From Nemertoderma westbladi (Eukaryota; Animalia; Xenacoelomorpha): a stretch of DNA of 61,056 nucleotides. Shown here piece by piece: positions 50,697-61,056 of the stretch (position 1 is its first letter; every line of letters starts with the position of its first letter). The position numbers and the translations under genes were made by a program. Location of the stretch: assembly GCA_032718475.1 (NCBI GenBank), contig JAUCBJ010000159.1, positions 1 to 61,056 on the forward strand. The letters run 5' to 3'. The notes under the pieces are model-generated. The model was not told the origin of the DNA, searched no databases, and saw nothing but the letters and a program-made list of their open reading frames with translations.

Positions 50697-51904
50697 TGTA
50701 AAAGCTTTTGTGGGATAACTGATTCGTTTGCCTTGTTGGCCAGTTCCCCCCCAGTCGCTAGAATACTCTCAAAAGGGATCTATAGCTAAAAATAGTGCAA
50801 GTTACCAGCTTATTGGCTGATTTGCTGTACGCAGGCATCTGGGCTCTGTTTAATCGGCCAACAAGCCTAGGGAGGTTGCGTCATAGCCTTGTTTTTGTAT
50901 CTCCCAATAGAATTTGAGTTAGCCTTGATTTTGACCTATCACAGAGCTACTGAACTGAAATTTTCCTATCTCACTGCTCTTTCTCTGTGTTGAACGGGAG
51001 CTTCGTGGAATAAGGGAGTTGGTATCCTCGTATAGAGCAGTAGTCACGAGTTTTTCAAAGCCACGAAAGAACGGCTTTGTAGTGTTTTATGTTTTCTGCT
51101 TTTTAGCTCAACACTAGTAGGTTTAATTATAAGGACATATATCCTTTAACAGCAATTACGCATTTAACTCGCATTTGACGCACCTGACTGATTGTCTTAA
51201 CTCAAAACAAACTGGCACGATTGATCTGTGAATACTGCATACTGCTATTTGTTGTCGGTTATTCATTATATTGGTTGATGAATTATTATATTGGAATAAC
51301 GAGAAATAACCCCGACACCCAATATTCTTGATATACCGAAGGTAAGAGAGAAAGGTTACCAATAACGATTGTGACTTATGTTAAAGTGGTTTGAAGTGAA
51401 TCTAATGTTATTTGATAGACCCTACATGAGTCAGTCTGTGTTCCTTTTATATGTGACTAAAATCAGTGAAGATTGGCAGATTAGTGTGCAGTATTGTGCA
51501 GCATTGTGTACGAGTGAGTCTGTTAAAGAAGCATTTCCTAAAGAATGCGCCATATATGTGAATTATAATTAAGCCATATCGTTGTGAGTAGTTTAAGTCA
51601 TAACTCTGTTTATATAGATAAAGCGCCACGTCCTAAAGGAACTGTTAATATTCCCGAAGGTGAATAATATTGTCAGAGATTATATAATACTGTCAGTCGA
51701 ATAATACATTAGGCTTACATAGCAATAAAATTAAACCGTCGAACCCAATCTCCCGGGAATATCCAGCGGGTGAATGGTCGCGCACAGATTGGTTTCGACT
51801 AGTGTAGTGAATCAAATACTTGTCATAGGCTAAAAAGCGATTTAATATCTAGAAGACATCTTAATTTGGCGGGTTAAACTGCCAAAGGTCTGAAAGCGCG
51901 AACA
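50697..51904 (+). repeat. 3' LTR (1208 bp)
   Basis: Direct repeat of 31164-32372, preceded by purine-rich GGGAGCGG and followed by the TSD CCCTC. Confidence 0.95.
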
Positions 51905-51909
51905 CCCTC

Positions 51910-52942
51910 AGATGGTATTTGGGTGGTGGCACAGAGAACTTCCATAATGACACAGCTGATTACTTCCGTGTTATTAGACTCTTCTGGGAGTTTATGAACT
52001 GTAAACATAATACGTCTAATCCTTACACAAGAACACTCAGTCGTTATGACAGTGAGCGGCAAAGTTTCCTTCAAACCTTCCTTGACTGGCTGACAAGGTG
52101 GAAGTCTTCAAATAAAGCAGGGTTCACTTCGCAGACATTTTCAGCGCTCATACTAACAGTTGCTAACACAATTAAGGTCCTAGATTTGGTCTTCAACAAA
52201 CTCGAATACCAATTGTTTAACCTGGCAGTCCTTGGAGACGATGAAATTGAGTTACATTTCAGCAAATATCGCCAGATGTCGGGAGGTCGCTTCCTTGTAA
52301 GTCTGCGGGAAGCCACTAACTCAAACAAGATAATTCAAATCAAAGCAGCTCTACAATCCAACCAAGATGTCATTGACTGCCTTGATAAAACTAATAGTGA
52401 AGATATACGACCAATAATTACAAAACTATCAACAGGATGATGATTTTGATATATTCGACGACGAATCTCTATTGATTATTTCAGACGTGGCTGGATGGGC
52501 AGTTCAGTCAATTCCTAATTAAGATGCGTTGTGTTCATGTACCAGATGCGATCTAAAAGATAAATCCCAATCAAGTTCCACGAATATTCGCTACATTTCG
52601 TTTCGTGACAGAGGGGGATTGTGTTTTCCGAGTGATGGATTTGTACATCTTTGCTGCAATATATTTCACATATTGAAAAAATCATATCCCTTGGTAAACA
52701 ACAAGAACAAAGCGAGTCCAACATTACATAGACTACTAGTAAACGAAATAGACACCACTGAAGTTGTCTGCTCTGAACACAGCGAGAAATTCAAACCAAA
52801 ATTACTACAAAAACTGGTAAACGTTTTCCTTAAGGCTGAGGCTAGTCACATGAAAGAAATTATTGATGAACAGGAAATGTATAAAACGGGACTGAATGGA
52901 TTTAAAGCGCCACAGTTATACAAGAGAAAACGGATTCTTTAG
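51910..52942 (+). pseudogene. THAP/P transposase, 3' part (frameshift near 52435 and an in-frame TAA near 52520)
   Basis: FWEFMN, FLDWLTRW, DEIELHFSKYRQMSGG (catalytic E region), then in another frame DVAGWAV, CTRC and RGGLCFPS. Confidence 0.9.
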
Positions 52943-54291
52943 TCAGATATTAATCAAAATAACATCCATATTCGAAGAGACGGTAACAATACCTGCAATA
53001 TCCTACTGTAAAGTTTGTGAATCAATCATAATCCGACCTTCTCACCAAAACAGTAAACTCTAAGTAAGCGAATATATTGCAGTATCGATCTCTTATAACC
53101 GGTGAGGCAGAAAACAGTCTACGAGCAGACAAACTTCGATAAAACAAAATCCCGCGCAGCGAATCCTAAAATCAGGCTGACTCACTGACGGACTAAGGGG
53201 CTCGTATACTTTGCCGCGGTGTGATTTATATGGTTGGGCGAAAGAGACGCTAGCTAGGTACAGAGGCAGAGATTTGGAGATGTCTAACTAGCGGGCAAAG
53301 CACAGTAAGGACGAAAGTTAATTTTATATATTTTGAGGTTTAAATAATTTCTAACGCGCGTGTGTTAATTCTGAACGGTCAAAAACAGTTTTGCTCCTTC
53401 ACATATATAATTACTGGGTACAGTGTGCATTTTACGAAATATTCTAATTTTGTAACTTGTAGGTCCAATACTCACGAATGATAAGGTTCCTTCCCCTCTT
53501 GCGTATTTCCAGGACTCAAATTCAGGCATAAGGTTAATGCTACGCCCAGAATTCGGCAATTTTAATTTACCAGGCCCCTAATACTAAGAAGAAATGTGTT
53601 AGTTTACTACAGTAGGCGTACTGTTACTAATAGCTATCCTGGCGTCCTATCTAGAATTTTAGTCACCTAGGTAGGCTGGGTAACTTCCTATCAGGACGTT
53701 GGCGGGGACACCGCCAACGTTAGTATATGTTAGTGCAACGTTCAGATGTTAGTATATCCCTAATAGCCTCAATTTATTTGCGCCTAGTTGTAAACTGCCC
53801 TACCGCCTGAACGGTACAATCCCAATTCAGGTGAAACACGGCAACCCTCCTAGCCTACAAGTTCTAATGCAATGGACACCGTTGTACTACAAATAGTCAC
53901 AGACGCACCTGCACTTAGCAAGAGTTAGGCGTACAGTTTGCTGCACCCTACCAATGTGTATGCTTCGTACCGGTGTGCCTACGTCCTATCTGCGTACTAG
54001 TATCTCTGCCTGCGCTCTCCCCCCGTAGGAATGTGAAGGTCTACTGTGGTTTTTTCCTGAATTAAGACAGTACAGTCCCTAAGATGTAATTTTAGGCTTA
54101 CAGCGTGTCACTACTTCTACCTTTTGATCTTTGGTCTTACGCTTAGGTAGCAAGGCGTCGAACGCTGTCTAACCTTTCAGGCGATGGGCGAATAACTGAG
54201 GTGGTATTGCGGGTTGTCTCCTTTCTACATTCCCCCGATGTTCTCGTTCATTGCTGCGGCCCGATCTCTAGCCGGCCATCCTGTTCCTAAG

Positions 54292-54683
54292 TGTGTTCAC
54301 CGTAGTGAATCATGGTAAAACAGATAGAAAAGGCTGATGTGACAAGTATTTCTAAACTTTTATTACAAAATCAAACAATAACTATTATACAATAAACAAT
54401 GTAATCTGAAATACTGAGATTGATTGAGAGATTGAGAAGAAGTAAACTAATGAACGAAATCGCACCTTTTTTATACCAAATTTGTGCCGCAATCAATCGA
54501 GAAAATTCTCGATTGTTCTATAGGTTCTAACAGGTTTTTAAAGATAGCTATTGGTCCAGCTAATATATAACTTGCACGACATTGGTTACAATCTAATAAC
54601 TGCAGTCTCATTGGTTAATCTAGGTACAGACAAATGCAATTTAATTTGTAGCGGTCAATTTAAATGAGTTGAAATTCTGCACA
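54292..54683 (-). mobile_element. Probable LTR (392 bp) of an unrelated element, with degenerate internal sequence extending toward ~53000
   Basis: Minus strand has TGTG...CACA ends, three CCAAT boxes, TATAAAAAAGG and then AATAAA, in LTR order. No partner LTR seen. Confidence 0.5.
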
Positions 54684-54766
54684 AAAAATAATTCGCACTT
54701 ACTAGGATTCGAACTCAATACCTACTACGCATATAATTTCCAACGCTCTACCAACTGAGCTAGGGC
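54684..54766 (-). ncRNA. tRNA-derived Pol III unit (SINE head or tRNA pseudogene)
   Basis: A box TAGCTCAGTTGGTAGAGCG, B box GAGTTCGAATCC and a T-run terminator. Anticodon and acceptor stems do not pair well. Confidence 0.65.
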
Positions 54767-55320
54767 TGGGGTAAGATAGCCTGATTGGAGGGGGGAAGAA
54801 AAAATGACAACAAAGGAGGAAAAAGAGGGGCAAGAGAAAAGGGGAAAGAAAGGGAAGGATAAAAAGGGAAAGGACGGAAAGGAAAGAAAAAGACAAGAAA
54901 GTTATCGATCTTAGCTTACAAGTATCCCTATCTCAACCTCGTGTCTGTCGGTCTGTTTGTCTGACGGTATGTCGTATGTCGGTCTAATCTTTGGTCTCAA
55001 TTAAATCACGCAGTTTCTGGCGTCGCACAATTTCGTGGTCCGCCGCTAGGTGGTGCTAAATATATTGTCATCTAGGCTTACTAACTCACTCTCGTGCAGC
55101 GCGAAAGCCCACCCCACGCCCACGTGTTGCGTTAAAAAAAGAGAACAATGGCGAAAGGGAAAGAAAATAAAAAAGAGGGTTTGAAATTAAGAGAAAATAA
55201 AAATTGGAATAATACACACATTTCTTTGCTTTTAATAATTAGTAGATAAATATTTATTGATTAAATACTGTAAATGCAGCATTACACAATTTAACTGCAG
55301 TGAAACGTTTATGTAATTAA

Positions 55321-55383
55321 ATAACGGTATACCTTCTTTTCGTGCCATTATGTTAAATGGCACGAAAAAAGGTATACCGTTAT
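55321..55383. other. Near-perfect ~28-bp hairpin; second copy at 58028-58090
   Basis: ATAACGGTATACCTTCTTTTCGTGCCATT-atgtta-AATGGCACGAAAAAAGGTATACCGTTAT. Confidence 0.9.
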
Positions 55384-55799
55384 ACACGACGTTATATTGA
55401 ACTTATATTAGCTATTATAATAAATTGAGCTATTACTGTATAAAAACGTAGGTCCTTCCTAAATTACAGAATATTATTATACTGTAATATAAAAAAAACT
55501 ATTTACATACGGTAAAATTGAACATATGTTAAAATTGTACATCGGTAAACTTGCAATATAATAAATTATATACGATACTTTGTGTAGTATTTTGCTGATC
55601 AGAGTGGCCTGTAACACAAGTATAAGTAACTTAGTTGTTACACGAACGAACGTTGGTAGTGCGTGTAAATTAAGCCACAAAACTGTAAAGTTATGGGATC
55701 AAACACTGAAAAGTTATGTAGCCTACAGGTAGCGTTACTTACGCAGTAACATGCGCTCTCCCTTTTGACGTTCATAAAGATAGATAATCGATAGGTCAT

Positions 55800-56794
55800 C
55801 TGTCATCAAATACTCCCCGTTCCCCAATCGTTCCCCACAGCGATGTTCCGATGTACTTGTTCATCTGGTGCATCATGTTCGGCGGTAAAATATCGGTGAC
55901 AACTGGGCACCGCCACTTCCCCTTTATAGCCACATTTGGCCCCAAACCAAATTATATCAATTTCGTTTCGGCTCTAAGCATTCTTGCCGCTAAAATAATA
56001 CTGTCTTTCTGAGCCTGGGGAAGATGTGGTGGAGGTGTCGTTCGTAATTCTTCAATGCCCTCTGTGAGTACAGCTGGGGCGATATTTACCTCAGCGACAG
56101 GTGGTTCACGATGAAAGGCTGTTGTAGCAGCTCTTGATGTCCCCTGGACACGAGTTACCCCAAGTCATTGATCTACGTCAGCGGAATGTTTATTCTCAGT
56201 TCCATAATTAGACGCCAGGCTGCGCTTCTTCTGCCTGTCAAGTAACCAGTTCTTGGCTAAAGCAGAAGAAACTGAAACAAGGTAGTCGGAACCTTGTCTC
56301 TTATGGCAACCTGGGTACATTCTTCAAAAGTCTTTTGGTACAAGGACATAGCCTTATCGACCATGGCTCTACCTGATACAGTTGCCAGAATGGATTGAAA
56401 TACACTAAGCCATATTTCCTCCATATCCGGATTGAAATTTGGTGGAGCCGTTTGACCAGTACCAACCCGATTCCGGCTTTGCTGTACATTTCTCATTGAG
56501 GCCTTGCCGACAGCGTCCGGCGCAGGATCTGTCTGCCACTTAAATGTTGGAGGTGGAGGTGGAGGGGGGGGGGGGGGGGGGGGGGGTTCCTGTAGGTAGT
56601 AATGTCATTGCAGGGACACTAATAGGTGTGGTTTGTACAGTAGGTGTCTCACCAGTAGTTGTTTGTACAATATGTGTTTCGTCAGTTTGTTTGTATAGTT
56701 GGTGTTTCGCCAGTGTAGTTGTTTGTACAGTAGGTGTTTTGTCAGTAATTGTTTGTAAAGTTGGTGTTTCGTCAGTAGTTGTTTGTTGACACAT
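55800..56794 (-). pseudogene. Degenerate coding remnant: Thr-rich 30-bp repeats, poly-Pro, then a non-repetitive segment; duplicated at ~58506-59500
   Basis: ORFs 56540-56794 and 56257-56496 can be joined by a frame change in the G homopolymer (PPPPTFKWQTDP..MRNVQQ). Family not recognised. Confidence 0.35.
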
Positions 56795-59700
56795 TGATGA
56801 CTCATTGCTGGGTCTGCTGTGTTAAGTCAAATGTATACAGAGTACAGCAGGGTGGCAGGCTGGTAACCAATAACCAAGCCTTGACCTGGTGGCACCTACT
56901 ACCAGTACAAGTAACCCACATAATGGAGTCTACAGTATGTGCTTGGCTTCCCAGAGAGAGAGATAGACACTGGTTGGTTATGTACAATACAAGGCCGCTG
57001 TCCACTGCGTCAAGATACAATGAAGCAAGTTCTATGCAGCTATGCTTAGATGTAGGGTCACATACTTTATGATATTATACACCACACAACTCATTATTTA
57101 CATGTTTGTTTGATTTAAACAAGAATGCAAATTAAAAATATTCAAATGGAGCATTCACATATTTTTTGTTAATTTTTTTCCGTAATGAAATACTTAGTTA
57201 CGTCTGAATTTATTATTAATTCATAGTACAATCCATTCTCGGCGTCCCATTTCAATTACAAACAGCTTATGAATTCTCAATTAGCCAATCACAGGCCTCT
57301 GTTACTAAGTTGGATTTAAGATGGAATTCCCTAGCTAGCTAAGTGGAACAACCAATCAAACGTGTCTCTGCCTGGGACGTACCTTAGCCTTCTGCCTAGG
57401 ACGGACCTCAGCTTAGCCTAGGACGCACCTAGGACGCACTTCAGGGCCAACTGTTTTTGGTCTGTTTTTGGGCTGGGGTAAGATAGCCTGATTGGAGGGG
57501 GGAAGAAAAAATGACAACAAAGGAGGAAAAAGAGGGGCAAGAGAAAAGGGGAAAGAAAGGGAAGGATAAAAAGGGAAAGGACGGAAAGGAAAGAAAAAGA
57601 CAAGAAAGTTATCGATCTTAGCTTACAAGTATCCCTATCTCAACCTCGTGTCTGTCGGTCTGTTTGTCTGACGGTATGTCGTATGTCGGTCTAATCTTTG
57701 GTCTCAATTAAATCACGCAGTTTCTGGCGTCGCACAATTTCGTGGTCCGCCGCTAGGTGGTGCTAAATATATTGTCATCTAGGCTTACTAACTCACTCTC
57801 GTGCAGCGCGAAAGCCCACCCCACGCCCACGTGTTGCGTTAAAAAAGAGAACAATGGCGAAAGGGAAAGAAAATAAAAAAGAGGGTTTGAAATTAAGAGA
57901 AAATAAAAATTGGAATAATACACACATTTCTTTGCTTTTAATAATTAGTAGATAAATATTTATTGATTAAATACTGTAAATGCAGCATTACACAATTTAA
58001 CTGCAGTGAAACGTTTATGTAATTAAATAACGGTATACCTTCTTTTCGTGCCATTATGTTAAATGGCACGAAAAAAGGTATACCGTTATACACGACGTTA
58101 TATTGAACTTATATTAGCTATTATAATAAATTGAGCTATTACTGTATAAAAACGTAGGTCCTTCCTAAATTACAGAATATTATTATACTGTAATATAAAA
58201 AAAACTATTTACATACGGTAAAATTGAACATATGTTAAAATTGTACATCGGTAAACTTGCAATATAATAAATTATATACGATACTTTGTGTAGTATTTTG
58301 CTGATCAGAGTGGCCTGTAACACAAGTATAAGTAACTTAGTTGTTACACGAACGAACGTTGGTAGTGCGTGTAAATTAAGCCACAAAACTGTAAAGTTAT
58401 GGGATCAAACACTGAAAAGTTATGTAGCCTACAGGTAGCGTTACTTACGCAGTAACATGCGCTCTCCCTTTTGACGTTCATAAAGATAGATAATCGATAG
58501 GTCATCTGTCATCAAATACTCCCCGTTCCCCAATCGTTCCCCACAGCGATGTTCCGATGTACTTGTTCATCTGGTGCATCATGTTCGGCGGTAAAATATC
58601 GGTGACAACTGGGCACCGCCACTTCCCCTTTATAGCCACATTTGGCCCCAAACCAAATTATATCAATTTCGTTTCGGCTCTAAGCATTCTTGCCGCTAAA
58701 ATAATACTGTCTTTCTGAGCCTGGGGAAGATGTGGTGGAGGTGTCGTTCGTAATTCTTCAATGCCCTCTGTGAGTACAGCTGGGGCGATATTTACCTCAG
58801 CGACAGGTGGTTCACGATGAAAGGCTGTTGTAGCAGCTCTTGATGTCCCCTGGACACGAGTTACCCCAAGTCATTGATCTACGTCAGCGGAATGTTTATT
58901 CTCAGTTCCATAATTAGACGCCAGGCTGCGCTTCTTCTGCCTGTCAAGTAACCAGTTCTTGGCTAAAGCAGAAGAAACTGAAACAAGGTAGTCGGAACCT
59001 TGTCTCTTATGGCAACCTGGGTACATTCTTCAAAAGTCTTTTGGTACAAGGACATAGCCTTATCGACCATGGCTCTACCTGATACAGTTGCCAGAATGGA
59101 TTGAAATACACTAAGCCATATTTCCTCCATATCCGGATTGAAATTTGGTGGAGCCGTTTGACCAGTACCAACCCGATTCCGGCTTTGCTGTACATTTCTC
59201 ATTGAGGCCTTGCCGACAGCGTCCGGCGCAGGATCTGTCTGCCACTTAAATGTTGGAGGTGGAGGTGGAGGGGGGGGGGGGGGGGGGGGGGGTTCCTGTA
59301 GGTAGTAATGTCATTGCAGGGACACTAATAGGTGTGGTTTGTACAGTAGGTGTCTCACCAGTAGTTGTTTGTACAATATGTGTTTCGTCAGTTTGTTTGT
59401 ATAGTTGGTGTTTCGCCAGTGTAGTTGTTTGTACAGTAGGTGTTTTGTCAGTAATTGTTTGTAAAGTTGGTGTTTCGTCAGTAGTTGTTTGTTGACACAT
59501 TGATGACTCATTGCTGGGTCTGCTGTGTTAAGTCAAATGTATACAGAGTACAGCAGGGTGGCAGGCTGGTAACCAATAACCAAGCCTTGACCTGGTGGCA
59601 CCTACTACCAGTACAAGTAACCCACATAATGGAGTCTACAGTATGTGCTTGGCTTCCCAGAGAGAGAGATAGACACTGGTTGGTTATGTACAATACAAGG

Positions 59701-60351
59701 CCGCTGTCCACTGCGTCAAGATACAATGAAGCAAGTTCTATGCAGCTATGCTTAGATGTAGGGTCACATACTTTATGATATTATACACCACACAACTCAT
59801 TATTTACATGTTTGTTTGATTTAAACAAGAATGCAAATTAAAAATATTCAAATGGAGCATTCACATATTTTTTGTTAATTTTTTTCCGTAATGAAATACT
59901 TAGTTACGTCTGAATTTATTATTAATTCATAGTACAATCCATTCTCGGCGTCCCATTTCAATTACAAACAGCTTATGAATTCTCAATTAGCCAATCACAG
60001 GCCTCTGTTACTAAGTTGGATTTAAGATGGAATTCCCTAGCTAGCTAAGTGGAACAACCAATCAAACGTGTCTCTGCCTGGGACGTACCTTAGCCTTCTG
60101 CCTAGGACGGACCTCAGCTTAGCCTAGGACGCACCTAGGACGCACTTCAGGGCCAACTGTTTTTGGTCTGTTTTTGGGCTGAGCTACTGAACCACTTGAA
60201 TAATAGGCGTACAAATAGAAATAGCAATACAAATGAGGACTCAATGTAATCTTTAACAAGTTAATTCGAATAAAATAAAAATTTTGAAAATCCACGGCAT
60301 TTAGGGAATATAATTCTATAATCCATCTCTTTCAAAACTGCCTGGCACTGG

Positions 60352-60606
60352 CCTGTCGTCTCTACTACCACTGCCACCCTGGCTGTTGTTTCTACTATCA
60401 CTGCCACCCTGGTAGTTGTTTCTACTACCACTGCCACCATGGCTGTTGACTCTACATCCATTGCCACCCTGGCTGTTGTTTCCACTACCTACCACGTTGC
60501 AATCATGGCTGTTGTTTCTACTACCACTGCCACGTTGCCACCCTGGCTGACATCTTTACTACCACTGCCACCCTGGCTGGTGATTCTACAACCACTGCCA
60601 CCTGGA
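60352..60606. repeat. 30-bp minisatellite (TCTACTACCACTGCCACCCTGGCTGTTGTT)
   Basis: Period-30 units, clear at 60361, 60391 and 60421 and decaying after. Confidence 0.85.
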
Positions 60607-60690
60607 GACTCTGCCAGCAATCAGAATAATAGGAGAATCGCCACTCGTATCTTGACAATCACCACTACTAGTGACAGCTATACATCTTTG

Positions 60691-60756
60691 GAAATGGGGT
60701 GTCCAGTACTTGGCAGTACTGCTGAAGAGGCCTAAAGCCGGCCGAAACGCCGTTTC
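60691..60756 (+). ncRNA. Type III hammerhead ribozyme
   Basis: GGTG-TC (cleavage predicted after 60703); stem I CAGTAC/GTACTG with loop TTGGCA; core CTGAAGA; stem II GGCC/GGCC with loop TAAAGCC; GAAA; stem III CGCC pairing with GGTG, extended by GAAAT/GTTTC. Confidence 0.88.
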
Positions 60757-60768
60757 TATTAATGGTTT

Positions 60769-61056
60769 TGTAAGAGCTTTTGTGGGATAACTGATACGTT
60801 TGCCTTTGCTGGCCAGTTCCCCCCCAGGCGCTGGAATACTCTAAAAAGGGTTTCCTAACTGTATATATATTCCCCTCGCCCGCAAGGTACCTTTACAGGT
60901 GTTTTAACGGACATAAAAATCATTCTGCTATATACGTGTTTTAGCGGACATGGTAAGACAAAAAACTTGTAATGCACCAACCACCTTTCACAGCTTAGCC
61001 GTGATGATTCATATTACGACATCTAGCAGCTGGTTGCTGACATGGAAACAGCCATT
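60769..61056 (+). mobile_element. Start of another LTR related to the BEL/Pao family (runs off the window)
   Basis: TGTAAGAGCTTTTGTGGGATAACTGATACGTTTGCC...GAATACTCTAAAAAGGG matches the first ~80 nt of the LTR at 31164, then diverges. Confidence 0.8.

Larger units (their letters stand above)
31164..51904 (+). mobile_element. BEL/Pao LTR retrotransposon, 20.7-kb composite with three LTRs
   Basis: TG...CA LTRs at both ends; 5-bp TSD CCCTC (31159-31163 and 51905-51909). Removing the element restores the host frame DAL|RWYLGG. Confidence 0.95.
27403..52942 (+). mobile_element. P-superfamily DNA transposon (THAP transposase), interrupted; right terminus not found
   Basis: CATGACC-type terminus at 27403, 550 bp before the THAP ATG. 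Transposase pieces flank the LTR element. The left boundary is inferred. Confidence 0.65.
54763..60181. repeat. 2.7-kb tandem duplication (54763-57469 / 57470-60175)
   Basis: ORFs repeat at +2706/2707. GGGCTG microhomology at 54763, 57470 and 60176. Confidence 0.96.

Noticed and set aside
52943-54291. Right TIR of the P element, or a coding region
   Set aside because: No ...GGTCATG terminus and no convincing ORF found; left unannotated.
54684-54766. Functional tRNA gene
   Set aside because: D-arm and T-loop motifs are present, but the acceptor and anticodon stems do not form.
54702-54896. Hydrophobic F/L/P-rich ORF (also 57418-57603)
   Set aside because: Antisense translation of a purine-rich low-complexity tract.

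Overview
Repeat-dense eukaryotic (animal-like) DNA with no intact housekeeping gene. 1-22 kb: a duplicated block carrying a GC-rich C2H2 zinc-finger ORF, followed by a composite module (AT-rich head + (GGTATT)n + 154/162/175-bp CCGG satellite) that is also amplified as a 2508-bp tandem unit. 22-26.4 kb: a LINE 3' end, then a MULE-like transposase pseudogene split by a foldback P-type element. 27.4-52.9 kb: a spliced THAP/P-element transposase interrupted by a 20.7-kb BEL/Pao LTR retrotransposon (CCCTC target duplication, near-identical 1.2-kb LTRs, intact 2726-aa Gag-Pol). That element is unusual in three ways: it holds a third, inverted LTR ahead of an open antisense 872-aa Gag-N copy; it has no tRNA PBS but an 11-nt PBS complementary to its own LTR (possible Tf1-like self-priming); and it has a cluster of perfect 5' splice donors at the end of gag. 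53-61 kb: a reverse LTR, a tRNA-like Pol III unit, a 2.7-kb tandem duplication, a complete type III hammerhead ribozyme and the start of another related LTR. All comparisons were made by eye, without alignment software or database searches.
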